A stretch of DNA of 64,000 bases from a virus, in IMG/VR virus record IMGVR_UViG_3300032289_001431, positions 1 through 64,000 of that record. One strand, 5' to 3'. This document shows, one piece after another, positions 8,175-18,368 of this stretch (position 1 is its first letter; each line of letters opens with the position of its first letter). The notes beneath the pieces were generated by a model. That model was not told the origin of the DNA. It made no database searches and worked only from the letters and a program-made list of their open reading frames with translations. Position numbers and translations under genes: made by a program.

Positions 8175-9215
8175 ATGCCAGAGTCTTGTAACATAATAGC
8201 AAGTCAAAAAATAGGTTGTTTTTCAGATATTCATCTTGGCATAGGACAAGATAGTTCTATTTTTCATAAAATTTCTTTAGATTTTGCTAAATGGGCTTCA
8301 AATTTATATCAGGAAAACAATATTACCGAAATTATTATCCCCGGTGATATATTTCACAATAGAAGTCAAATTTCAGTTGAAACTTTAACAGTTGCTAAAC
8401 AATTTTTTGAGTATTTTAAAGATTTTAACATTTATATTTCAACAGGAAATCACGATTGTTTTAAAAAAGATTCTAGTGATATCAATTCAATTACGCTACT
8501 GGACGGTTGGAATAATATTAAAATAATTGATAATCAACTTTTAATTCTTAAAACTAACTATAATAAAACAATAGGACTTGTTCCATGGGGATATGATATT
8601 ACAAAAGTTCCTCATTGTGATATAATATTTGGTCATTTTGAAATATCTTCTTTTTATATGAACACATATAAAGTGTGTGAACACGGACATTCATATAAAA
8701 ATATGTTTGATATTGGTGATTGTATAATTTCGGGTCATTTCCACAAAAAAGATAACAGAAATTATGAAAATAATAAATCAATTACATACTTAGGAAGTCC
8801 ATATCAACACAATTTTGGCGATATACATGATATCAGAGGAATTTATATTTTTGACATATTAAACAATACTTTTCAATTTATAGAAAATGATATTTCACCC
8901 AAACATTATAAATTATCTATAAAAAAAGATATAGATGAGAATATAGTTAAAAACAATTTTGTTAGTATTGTTATCGATAATGATATTGAAGAAGATGAAA
9001 TAAATTCATACGCAGCTAAAGTAGCATCATTTAGCCCTAAAACATTAAGAATAGATTATGATGCCGAAAAAACAAGCATAGAAACACGCCAAGATGCGGA
9101 ACTTGATAGTTCTAATTTACTCAAAAGCATTGATGAATACATTGAAACATTGGATATAGAAAATAAAAAAGAAGTTGTAGAATATATAAAAGAGATGTAT
9201 AATTCTTTAATATGA
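8175..9215 (+). CDS. gp47: Recombination nuclease gp47 (Mre11/SbcD-like)
   Basis: SDIHLG, GDIFHNR, GNHD, GHFE, SGHFH and YLGSPY motifs. Confidence 0.93.
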   Translation: MPESCNIIASQKIGCFSDIHLGIGQDSSIFHKISLDFAKWASNLYQENNITEIIIPGDIFHNRSQISVETLTVAKQFFEYFKDFNIYISTGNHDCFKKDSSDINSITLLDGWNNIKIIDNQLLILKTNYNKTIGLVPWGYDITKVPHCDIIFGHFEISSFYMNTYKVCEHGHSYKNMFDIGDCIISGHFHKKDNRNYENNKSITYLGSPYQHNFGDIHDIRGIYIFDILNNTFQFIENDISPKHYKLSIKKDIDENIVKNNFVSIVIDNDIEEDEINSYAAKVASFSPKTLRIDYDAEKTSIETRQDAELDSSNLLKSIDEYIETLDIENKKEVVEYIKEMYNSLI

Positions 9216-9961
9216 AAGATATAGGAATAGCAATTATAGACGTTTATAGTCAAAATGACCTTGATTTATGTTATAAATCAATTCCAAATGAAATTGAAAA
9301 CATAATCGTAATCTCAAATACTAGTAATAAACTCCCTGATTGTGATAAAAAACAATTTAGCTCGACTATACCATTTGCAACTTTAAGAAATTGGGCAATT
9401 AATTATTTTAGAATAAAAGGTTTAAAACATTATTTTTTAATTAATTCAAATCACAGTTTAACCGATTCTGAAATTTTTAGCAAAATAATAAAAAACGCAG
9501 AAGTGTTTGGAACTTGGTGTTTTCTCGGACCAGAAAAAACAACTCTTTCAATTGAAGATGATGAACATAATATTACATTAAATCTTAGTAATAAAATTAA
9601 CAGTGATTTTATATATTTGTTTAATGGTATAGTTTCAAATATAGGATTTTTTGATGAAAGATTTTTTAATACAAAAGATCTTGATGTTTTAGATTATATC
9701 AAAAGAATGATAGATAAAAAAGTATTTCCACCCGTTGGTTATATTCCAATTATAAAAGAAGGTTTAGTTAAATCGGAATCAAACATAACAAAACCAAATT
9801 ATAAAGAAATAGATAATGCAGATCAAAGTGTTAATATGGCATATGCTTATTTCTTAAGCAAATATCAATACATACCCACTCAAAATGATCCAAAACCAGT
9901 ATCCAACGAGGAATTAATGGCATCTTTAGAAAATATACAGAAAAATTATGCAAAAAAATAA
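9212..9961 (+). CDS. GT2-like glycosyltransferase, degenerate paralogue
   Basis: KDIGIAII, A..RN.AI and IGFFDERF; resembles the next two ORFs but lacks a clear DxD/EDD. Confidence 0.6.
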   Translation: MKDIGIAIIDVYSQNDLDLCYKSIPNEIENIIVISNTSNKLPDCDKKQFSSTIPFATLRNWAINYFRIKGLKHYFLINSNHSLTDSEIFSKIIKNAEVFGTWCFLGPEKTTLSIEDDEHNITLNLSNKINSDFIYLFNGIVSNIGFFDERFFNTKDLDVLDYIKRMIDKKVFPPVGYIPIIKEGLVKSESNITKPNYKEIDNADQSVNMAYAYFLSKYQYIPTQNDPKPVSNEELMASLENIQKNYAKK

Positions 9962-10769
9962 AATAGGACTTGGTTTAATAACATGTGATAGACCAGATTT
10001 TTTCAAAAAATGCTACTCTTCGATAAAAACTATCAATGATAAATGTTTTGTAGTTGTTGATGATGGTAATACGTCTATAAAAGATTTAATAGATTCGGAA
10101 GAAAATTCCATACGTTACATTAAAACCAATGGAAAAGAGGGTGTAGCTGTTGCTAAAAATAAAGCATTGCGATATTTGATGGATTGTGAATGTGAACACA
10201 TTTTTTTAATGGAAGATGACATTATTATAAAAGATAATAATGTTTTTAATGCATATATTAAAGCTTCAAATGAAACGGGAATTAAACATTTTAATTTTGG
10301 TTTACATGGTAATCATAATTTGGATCATCTTGGTCGCCCCGTTATACAAACAACTATAAATTATCCAAATAAAATAAGAATAAGTCTATTTTCTAACGTA
10401 TTAGGTGCTTTTAGTTATTATCATTATGATGTTATTGATAAATGTGGATACATGGATGAATATTTTTACAATGCACTTGAGCACGTAGATCATACATACC
10501 AAATAATAAAAGCAGGATATCATCCTCCGTTTAGATGGTTTGCTGACATTGAAAATTCAACGCTTTACATACAAGATATTGTTAAAAATCATGATCAAAG
10601 TAAAATAAGATCACAAGATGATTATATGAAAAATTTTGTCAGAGCATTAGATTATTTTTTAAGTAAAAATAAATTTTCTGTTGTTCAGGGTTATGGAAGA
10701 CCCGAAACAATAGCATCCGAAAAAGAAGTAATTGAAAGTTTAAAAAAGATTTATAATGAACACAAATAA
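9948..10769 (+). CDS. GT2-family glycosyltransferase
   Basis: IGLGLIT.DR, VVVDDG, GVA.AKN, FLMEDD, GYMDE and EH.D motifs. Confidence 0.85.
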   Translation: MQKNKIGLGLITCDRPDFFKKCYSSIKTINDKCFVVVDDGNTSIKDLIDSEENSIRYIKTNGKEGVAVAKNKALRYLMDCECEHIFLMEDDIIIKDNNVFNAYIKASNETGIKHFNFGLHGNHNLDHLGRPVIQTTINYPNKIRISLFSNVLGAFSYYHYDVIDKCGYMDEYFYNALEHVDHTYQIIKAGYHPPFRWFADIENSTLYIQDIVKNHDQSKIRSQDDYMKNFVRALDYFLSKNKFSVVQGYGRPETIASEKEVIESLKKIYNEHK

Positions 10770-11532
10770 AATTGGCGTTGGTATAACAACTTATAATTCA
10801 GAAAAATATTTTAAAGCTTTATATGAATCGCTTCCGCTTTCAAATATTGAAGAATTAGTTGTTGTTAATGGTGGAAATCAATATGAGGGAAAATACGCTT
10901 GTCATTGGATACAACATAATCAAAATTATTATCCAGCCGTATGTCGAAATGATGCCATTAATTTTCTTCTAAATAGAGAATGCGAACATATTTTCATCAT
11001 AGAAGATGATATGATTATTAAAAATTCTAATATATTTAAAAAGTATATAGAAACTTCAAAAATATCAGGAATTAAATATTTTTCATATGTTAGTATGTCT
11101 TGGGATTCGGGTTCACCTTATAAAAGAACACCAAAATTGTCTGTAAATTATTCAAAAGATATTGGTGTATCTTTTTATAAAAACATGTGTAATGAATTTA
11201 CATATCACCATCATTCTTGTTTTCTTAAAAATGGATTATATGATACTCAATTTAGAGATCCTTTTGATATTGATATGGCTTATAGAGAATCTCAACAAGA
11301 TTATTCTTCTTTGTTTTGGTGGTTTGCTGATATTAAAAATTCAGATGAATATATAGAAAACAATCCAGACGCAACAAGTCGATTACAAACCGAACGTCCA
11401 GATGGTTCAAGACAAGAAACAATTAATAACCAATGGAAACTTTTTTTTAAAAAACACGGATTAACTGTAAATCAAATACCCGAACCAACAGAAAAAGAAC
11501 TTTTAAACAAACTAAAAACAATAAAGCCGTGA
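10756..11532 (+). CDS. GT2-family glycosyltransferase
   Basis: IGVGITTYN, A..RN and FIIEDD motifs; paralogue of 9948..10769. Confidence 0.82.
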   Translation: MNTNKIGVGITTYNSEKYFKALYESLPLSNIEELVVVNGGNQYEGKYACHWIQHNQNYYPAVCRNDAINFLLNRECEHIFIIEDDMIIKNSNIFKKYIETSKISGIKYFSYVSMSWDSGSPYKRTPKLSVNYSKDIGVSFYKNMCNEFTYHHHSCFLKNGLYDTQFRDPFDIDMAYRESQQDYSSLFWWFADIKNSDEYIENNPDATSRLQTERPDGSRQETINNQWKLFFKKHGLTVNQIPEPTEKELLNKLKTIKP

Positions 11533-12302
11533 AAATATCAATCGGAATTAATATTTTTCAATCTTATAAACGTCAAAATCAATGTATTGAAGTTTTAAAC
11601 GCATTAACTCGTAAATACAATGAGATAAATTTATACAATATAACATATATAGATCAAACAAATAAAACTTGTGGGTTTAAACATCTTCCTTTTTTAAAAA
11701 GAAAATGCAAAGATATTATTCAAAATTCTACTTCTGAAAAACCAATAGCTAAAGATTTTTTTGATATATTAGCCGATACTAGTTGTGATTATTTTATCTT
11801 TTTAAACAGCGACATTTTATTAGCAGAAAAAACAATAAAACTCATTTTAAAAGGTGAATATGAAACTTATTTTTTTTCAAGACATGATTGTTATCCAATA
11901 GAAAATATTAACAATATTGTACCATTTAGAATAGAAATAGCAGGGTTTGATGCTTGGGCCGTTAAAAAAACATGGTGGTTAGAAAATAAACAAAATTTTA
12001 ACGATTATGTATATGCTGAACATTTATGGGATGTTGCGTTTTCATTAGAAATGTACAATAAAAGTAAATCTTTTATAGGAAATAAAGATGTTTATCTTTG
12101 TCATGAAAAACATGATTTAAAATGGAACGAATTTTCACCAGAAGCTTTACATAATACAAAATTATGGGAAAAATCACCATATTCTAAAAATTGGAAAAAA
12201 TTTATATACGAGAATCTTGTAAAAAGACAACCATATGGTATGTTTTTAAACCCACTTCTTAATGAAGAAGAATTAGAAAAAAAATTACTTAAAGTGATAT
12301 GA
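11529..12302 (+). CDS. GT-A-fold glycosyltransferase-like protein
   Basis: FIFLNSDI, SR.D, GFDAW, WD and H.KH pattern. Confidence 0.6.
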   Translation: MKISIGINIFQSYKRQNQCIEVLNALTRKYNEINLYNITYIDQTNKTCGFKHLPFLKRKCKDIIQNSTSEKPIAKDFFDILADTSCDYFIFLNSDILLAEKTIKLILKGEYETYFFSRHDCYPIENINNIVPFRIEIAGFDAWAVKKTWWLENKQNFNDYVYAEHLWDVAFSLEMYNKSKSFIGNKDVYLCHEKHDLKWNEFSPEALHNTKLWEKSPYSKNWKKFIYENLVKRQPYGMFLNPLLNEEELEKKLLKVI

Positions 12303-12946
12303 AAATAAAACATTACACGTTTTTTAGTGATAGTCATAAAATATTTTTAAAATATTTTTTAAATTCTTTTCCATTTGATTCTTCAATAGATTTAATAATA
12401 AGATATATTCCACAAGAATGTAAATCGGCAGAATATGAATCAGAAGGATTCGACAAATCAATGAAAAAAAAAGTTGAATTTATAAACAATGCTTTTGATG
12501 AATTAAAAAATAATGATATTTTCATTTTTACCGATCCTGATGTAATTTTTATTAAACCATACAAAGATTTATTTTTAACAGAAATGGGAAATTCTGATAT
12601 AATATTTCAATCAGACGTTGGAACGGCATGTATGGGAATATTTTGTTGTAAAGTATCAGATAAAACAAAATTTTTCTTTAAAGATTTATATGATAAACTA
12701 GATAATTTTAAACACGATCAAGATGCGGCAAATGTATTATTAAGAATAAAAAATTATAATTTAAACATTAAATTGTTTTCACATAAAATTTTTAATTACG
12801 GATTTAATGGTGTTCGATATGAAGGCGAAGATAAAATTAACATTCCAAACGATATTGTATTATTACATGCTAATTTTGCAGTAGGCGTTGAAAAAAAAAT
12901 CAAGTTAATAAAATTAACATTAGATCAATTTAAAAAAAATATATGA
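12299..12946 (+). CDS. Nucleotide-diphospho-sugar transferase (GT77-like)
   Basis: FTDPDV, FQSD, CMG, DQD.AN and HAN...K motifs. Confidence 0.75.
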   Translation: MKIKHYTFFSDSHKIFLKYFLNSFPFDSSIDLIIRYIPQECKSAEYESEGFDKSMKKKVEFINNAFDELKNNDIFIFTDPDVIFIKPYKDLFLTEMGNSDIIFQSDVGTACMGIFCCKVSDKTKFFFKDLYDKLDNFKHDQDAANVLLRIKNYNLNIKLFSHKIFNYGFNGVRYEGEDKINIPNDIVLLHANFAVGVEKKIKLIKLTLDQFKKNI

Positions 12947-13611
12947 TTATTGGTAATGGTCTTATTGCTAACAGTTTAAAAGAAATAGATAACAATAATT
13001 TTATTTTTTTTGGAAGTGGTGTTTCAAACTCACTATCAACAGATACAAAGGAATTTACAAGAGAAAAAAATTTATTATTACAAACAATAAAAGAAAATAA
13101 TTTTAAAAAAATTATATACTTTAGCACATGTGATGTTTATGATTCATCAAAACAAAATTCTTTATATTTAAAACACAAATTAAACATGGAAGAAACAATT
13201 AAACTTAATTGTAAAGATTGGATTATATTTAGAGTTTCACAAATCATCGGACATGGTGGGAATAAAAACAATCTTCTTTATAAATTATGTTCAAATGTTT
13301 TTTCTGAATATAGCTTTGTATTATATTCAAATTATGAAAGAAATTTAATTGATATTAATGTTTTTAAAAAAATTATTTTAATGTATTTAGTCGCATCTAA
13401 TAAAGTTATTAACATTGCTAATCCTTTAAACATAAAAGTAAGCGAATTAATTAAATTAATTGAAGAAATAACAGGTAAAAAAGCAACATATGAAATTAAT
13501 ACCGATAAAAATACGTTTGACATACCATTAGACGAATCTTATCCTTATTACATTTTTAATTCAAATTATTATAGAGATACAATAAATTCTTTTTTAAAAA
13601 AATTTAATTAA
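12943..13611 (+). CDS. NAD-dependent epimerase/dehydratase (short SDR)
   Basis: MIIGNGLIA, SGVSNS, YFST and Y..HK..ME motifs. Confidence 0.8.
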   Translation: MIIGNGLIANSLKEIDNNNFIFFGSGVSNSLSTDTKEFTREKNLLLQTIKENNFKKIIYFSTCDVYDSSKQNSLYLKHKLNMEETIKLNCKDWIIFRVSQIIGHGGNKNNLLYKLCSNVFSEYSFVLYSNYERNLIDINVFKKIILMYLVASNKVINIANPLNIKVSELIKLIEEITGKKATYEINTDKNTFDIPLDESYPYYIFNSNYYRDTINSFLKKFN

Positions 13612-13631
13612 AAACAATTTTAAACATAAAA

Positions 13632-14513
13632 ATGATTAATGAAAAATATCACAACGAAAGTTTAGTAAATCCACCATATCCACCATATCACGAAGGATAT
13701 GATTTGGAATCTTATTTCATAAATTATTATTTAAACAATAAAAATAAAATAGATTCTACTGGGTGGAATTTTCTACCAATCAAATGGACTCATATATACA
13801 ATCAAAGACCAGATTTATCTAACAGTTTACAACAAGTTTTAAATAACCTTGATTTGAATAAAAAATATTTTACAGTTTCGCAACATGATGATGCACCTGC
13901 ACACAAATTACCACCACAAACAATAAATTTTTCAGCGGGTGGCAATCAACCTGATACCATTCCAATACCTCTTATATCTTCTCCTATAAAAAATATTAAA
14001 AATACACAAAAAAATATATTTTGTAGTTTTGTAGGAAGCGTTAATCAAAACATGCCGGGAAATGCTGCTATTGGACATCAAATAAGGATGCAAATGCTTC
14101 ATACATTGGTTGATAATAAAGATTATGTGTTAAAACCCAAACATTGGTCACCAGAAATAAACGAAAACAGACAGGATTTGTTTTTAGATATTACAAGTAG
14201 AAGCAAATTTACTTTATGTCCAAGAGGATATGGCGCATCTAGCTTTAGGATGTATGAAGCAATGCAATTAAATTCAGTACCAGTATACATTTACAATAAA
14301 ACACCGCATATACCATTTAAAGATGATATAAATTGGGAAGATATATCGGTTTTAATAGAAGCAAATGATATTCCACATATAGATTCTATATTAAAGTCAA
14401 TCAGTGATGAAAAATACAACAAAATAATTGACAATATTAAGAACTTTTATCCCAAATACTTTACATTAGAAGCCACTTGTGTTAATATAGTCAAGATTAT
14501 AAAAAATAAATGA
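13632..14513 (+). CDS. Exostosin-family (GT47) glycosyltransferase
   Basis: SFVGS, R, SKFTLCPRGYG.SSFRMYEAM..VPV and PF..I.W motifs. Confidence 0.85.
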   Translation: MINEKYHNESLVNPPYPPYHEGYDLESYFINYYLNNKNKIDSTGWNFLPIKWTHIYNQRPDLSNSLQQVLNNLDLNKKYFTVSQHDDAPAHKLPPQTINFSAGGNQPDTIPIPLISSPIKNIKNTQKNIFCSFVGSVNQNMPGNAAIGHQIRMQMLHTLVDNKDYVLKPKHWSPEINENRQDLFLDITSRSKFTLCPRGYGASSFRMYEAMQLNSVPVYIYNKTPHIPFKDDINWEDISVLIEANDIPHIDSILKSISDEKYNKIIDNIKNFYPKYFTLEATCVNIVKIIKNK

Positions 14514-15073
14514 AAACTATTTTAGATATAGGGTGTAATAATTTAGATGGTTTTAAATTGTTAAAGACACAGGAAACAATTAACGATGAAGATGTTAAAA
14601 TATTCGTAGAAGCTAATCCAGAATGTTGGATAGACTTGGAAAGAGATATTAAAAGCATAGAAAATTCATTTTTAATCAAAAAAGCAGTAGATACTGAAGT
14701 AAAAACAACAACTCTAATAACTAGAAACGATAAAATTAAAGATATTGGAGCGACAATAATGGGTGAAAAATTCTTAACTGATAGTTTGGGACGCTTTAAT
14801 ATTAAAATAGACAAATATAATCATTATAATATTGAAACGACTACAATTATTGATATTATTAATGATTTTAAAATCAATACCGAAGAGTGTATTTTAAAAT
14901 TTGACGCAGAGGGTGTTGAATATGCGGTATTAAAACAAATTTTAGAAAATAATATAATCTTTAAAAAGATATATTGTGAATTTCATGTTCACAATCAACA
15001 AGATGAAAATAAAAGGCAAAATATAATCAATAGTTTTAAAGAAAAAAACCAAGAAATCGTAGAATGGCACTAA
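14510..15073 (+). CDS. FkbM-family methyltransferase
   Basis: LDIGCN..G, VEANP, LKFDAEG.EY and EFH motifs. Confidence 0.8.
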   Translation: MKTILDIGCNNLDGFKLLKTQETINDEDVKIFVEANPECWIDLERDIKSIENSFLIKKAVDTEVKTTTLITRNDKIKDIGATIMGEKFLTDSLGRFNIKIDKYNHYNIETTTIIDIINDFKINTEECILKFDAEGVEYAVLKQILENNIIFKKIYCEFHVHNQQDENKRQNIINSFKEKNQEIVEWH

Positions 15074-15927
15074 AAAACATTTTTACCAATTCTGAGTATT
15101 TAAAATCAGTTGGAGCAAATCAATCATTTGGTAATCATTTATGCCATTTAATGTTTTGTCATAATTTCAGCAAAAAAAGAAATTATAAATTAAACATTTG
15201 CACAGATACTAATTTGAGTAGTATATTTGAATTAGATGAATATAAAAGCACATGGAATAATAATATAGTAAATTATTTTTCAGAATCATTTGTTCATGAT
15301 ATAGAAGAACTTAAAAAAATAGATCGTTTAAATTTAAATAAATCTTTAAATTTATTAAATGACGAAACATTAGATATACCGGATAATATTTCTGTAACTG
15401 GATGGTTTTATAATACACCATTATATTCTAAATCTTTTTTTAATGATATAAAAATAAAAAAAGACATAATTGATTTTTTAAATCAAAACTTTAGTAGAGT
15501 TTTTGAAAAAAATTCTATATCAATACATTATAGAGGAACCGACTTCAATGGTCATTTGGGATATGATTTAAGATTACCTTTTGAATATTATGAAAAATGC
15601 ATTCATCACATGATAAAAAATCATAAAAATATAAAAAACATTTATGTTTTTACTGATGATAGTTTTGAATGTTTAAAATTAATAGATATTATTAAAAATA
15701 TTGATAGTTCGTTTAATATAGAACTTATTCAAAATGAATATTACATAGATTGGGCTTGTTTACATTTTTCAAAAAACATAATATCATCAAACTCATCATT
15801 CTGTTCAACAGCATGTATTTATGATAAAGAAATTTGCTACCAACCCAATAAATATCAATTAAGAAACACGCCAATTGATGGTGTTTATCCTAGCGAACCA
15901 TTTTTTAAAAATTCTTATATATTATGA
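15064..15927 (+). CDS. GT11 (alpha-1,2-fucosyltransferase-like) glycosyltransferase
   Basis: FGNHL, SIHYRGTDF, YY, VFTDD and SNSSF motifs. Confidence 0.8.
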   Translation: MALKNIFTNSEYLKSVGANQSFGNHLCHLMFCHNFSKKRNYKLNICTDTNLSSIFELDEYKSTWNNNIVNYFSESFVHDIEELKKIDRLNLNKSLNLLNDETLDIPDNISVTGWFYNTPLYSKSFFNDIKIKKDIIDFLNQNFSRVFEKNSISIHYRGTDFNGHLGYDLRLPFEYYEKCIHHMIKNHKNIKNIYVFTDDSFECLKLIDIIKNIDSSFNIELIQNEYYIDWACLHFSKNIISSNSSFCSTACIYDKEICYQPNKYQLRNTPIDGVYPSEPFFKNSYIL

Positions 15928-16496
15928 AAATATTACAAATAGGCTGTCATACTGGAAATGATCATGTTTATCATTTTATAACTGAAAATTCTAATAATAT
16001 AGAAAAATTATATTTAATAGATGCTAATATATATTCTTTAAATGAATGTAAAAATAACTATGCAAACGTTGATAATGTTAATTTTTTAAATTATGCAATT
16101 ACACCTACAGATGTTGAATATATTGATATTGTATTACCCGCTAACGAATTAACATCAAGTCATGTATCAGTATTTGAATCACATTTACACCAACACAATC
16201 ATAACAATCTTATAAAACAAAAAGTAAAAGCAGTTAATATAAATAAATTATTTGAAGAATTGAACTTATCTGTAATTGATAGATTTTATATAGACACTGA
16301 AGGCTTAGATGTTCAAATAATCAATTCAATAGATTTTTCTAAAATTGATATTAAAATATTGATGTTTGAATTTATTCATTCGGATGGAACTCTTTCTTGG
16401 GGTGGCATAAATTTACATAATTGTTTAATGAAATTATTAAACTTAGGATATTCCATCATAAAAGAAGAATATAATATTATTGCCACAAAACAATAA
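15924..16496 (+). CDS. FkbM-family methyltransferase
   Basis: LQIGC..G.D, NYAI, IDTEGLD and FE..H motifs. Confidence 0.8.
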   Translation: MKILQIGCHTGNDHVYHFITENSNNIEKLYLIDANIYSLNECKNNYANVDNVNFLNYAITPTDVEYIDIVLPANELTSSHVSVFESHLHQHNHNNLIKQKVKAVNINKLFEELNLSVIDRFYIDTEGLDVQIINSIDFSKIDIKILMFEFIHSDGTLSWGGINLHNCLMKLLNLGYSIIKEEYNIIATKQ

Positions 16497-16511
16497 ATTT
16501 AAATAAAACAT

Positions 16512-16539
16512 TTGATTATTCTGGATATTGATTTAATAT
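16512..16539 (+). promoter_or_regulatory. Sigma70-type promoter for gp46
   Basis: TTGATT-16-TAATAT; GTG start 6 nt downstream. Confidence 0.55.
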
Positions 16540-16545
16540 ATCAGG

Positions 16546-18339
16546 GTGAAGAATGTAATCTTTAACTCTATAAAGATAAAAAATTTCCTTTCCATTGGAA
16601 ACAATCCAATTAAAATTGATTTTGCCAAAGGTATTACTGTAATCACAGGAGAAAATAAAGATAAGGGTGGTAAAAATGGAATTGGTAAAAGTACAATAGC
16701 AGATGCAATTTTTTGGTGTTTATTTGGAAACACAATTAGAGAATTAAAAAAAGATAAGATACAACATAACAAAAATAAAGAAGAATGTCAGGCTATTTTA
16801 GAATTTACTGTAAAAGATTCTTTAACAACCAAATATAAAATAACAAGAACTTTAGATCCAACAAAAATAGAAATTTTATGTAATGATCAGGATATTACAT
16901 TATCAACTTTACCTAAAAACGATGAATTTATCAAAACTCTTATAGGTGCTAACGAAGAAGTGTTTAACAATGCAGTTATTATGTCTGCAAATAACACCAT
17001 TCCGTTTATGGCGCAAAAAAAGACAGAAAAAAGAAAATTTATTGAAGGAATACTTCAATTAAACATTTTTAGTGAAATTTTATTAAAAACTAGAAGTGAT
17101 TACAATGATACAAAAAAAGAAAATGATATTATTAGTAATATTTTTATTAATCTTCAAAGAGATTTAAATACATTTGAAATTCAATTAGCAAACGAAGATA
17201 AAAAGAAACAAGAAAAAATTGATAATTGGAATTACAATATTAAATCAAATGAAAAGACAATTAAAGAATGTAAAGATAAAAAATTTCCATCCGTGGATGA
17301 GTGTAATAACGATATTAAAAAATTAGAAGAACAAATTTTTCTTTTAAAGGAAGGAATCAAAACTTTTTCTAAAAACAAAACAGATACTATATTAAAAAGT
17401 TCAAACATATCTGCTGAAATCAATCAACTTAAAAAAGAAAAACAAAAAATAAAAGATAAAGGTAATACATGCCCAACTTGCAATAGAGAATATTGCAAAG
17501 ACGATATTGAATCTGTTAATAAAAGATTAACAGATATTGAAAATGATATTATAAAATTTTCTAATGAAGAATCGACCGTTAATGAACAAAAAAATTCTTG
17601 GGCAAACAAAATAGAAAAAATAGAAGATGGTATTGATAAGATTAACAAAAAAATTAAAAATTTAATTCAAATTAAATTAGACATTAAAGATAATGATCAT
17701 AAAATTTCTAAATGTGAACATGACATTAAAAATTTCAAACAATTTATTGTTGAAATTAATAAAGAAAAATCATCAACTAAAGTAAACATAGATAATGTAA
17801 AAAAAGAAATACAAATTAATGAAGAAAAGCTTAAAAACATTAAAAAAGACATGGCAATACTTGATACCGTCAAGTTTATTATGTCTGAGGATGGAGTCAA
17901 AAAATACATTGTAAAAAAAATCATCAATATTCTTAATACAAGACTTAACTATTATTTACAGACGCTTGATGCGCCCTGTAAATGTGTGTTTGATGAAACG
18001 TTTGAAGAAACAATTTATAATGAACAAAATAAAGAATGTTCATATTTTAATTTTAGTGGTGGAGAACGTAAAAGAATTGATACCGCTATACTTTTTACAT
18101 TTCAAGACGTATTGAGGTGTCATTCTGGTATATCTTTTTCTTTGAATATATATGATGAACTTTTTGATTGCGCTTTAGACGCAAAAGGAACAGATAAAAT
18201 TCTTGAAATACTTAAAGATAAGGTTGCAAAATATGACGAATCAATTTATATTGTATCTCACAAATCATCTGAAATCACAAATTGCGATAACATAATTTTA
18301 TTAGAAAAATTTAATGGTGTTACAACAATAGTTAGTTGA
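16546..18339 (+). CDS. gp46: Recombination ATPase gp46 (Rad50/SbcC-like)
   Basis: KNFLSIGN, NGIGKS, coiled coil with CPTC zinc hook, FSGGE and YDE..D motifs. Confidence 0.95.
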   Translation: MKNVIFNSIKIKNFLSIGNNPIKIDFAKGITVITGENKDKGGKNGIGKSTIADAIFWCLFGNTIRELKKDKIQHNKNKEECQAILEFTVKDSLTTKYKITRTLDPTKIEILCNDQDITLSTLPKNDEFIKTLIGANEEVFNNAVIMSANNTIPFMAQKKTEKRKFIEGILQLNIFSEILLKTRSDYNDTKKENDIISNIFINLQRDLNTFEIQLANEDKKKQEKIDNWNYNIKSNEKTIKECKDKKFPSVDECNNDIKKLEEQIFLLKEGIKTFSKNKTDTILKSSNISAEINQLKKEKQKIKDKGNTCPTCNREYCKDDIESVNKRLTDIENDIIKFSNEESTVNEQKNSWANKIEKIEDGIDKINKKIKNLIQIKLDIKDNDHKISKCEHDIKNFKQFIVEINKEKSSTKVNIDNVKKEIQINEEKLKNIKKDMAILDTVKFIMSEDGVKKYIVKKIINILNTRLNYYLQTLDAPCKCVFDETFEETIYNEQNKECSYFNFSGGERKRIDTAILFTFQDVLRCHSGISFSLNIYDELFDCALDAKGTDKILEILKDKVAKYDESIYIVSHKSSEITNCDNIILLEKFNGVTTIVS

Positions 18340-18368
18340 TTAATACACCATGACTTATAAATTTAAAT

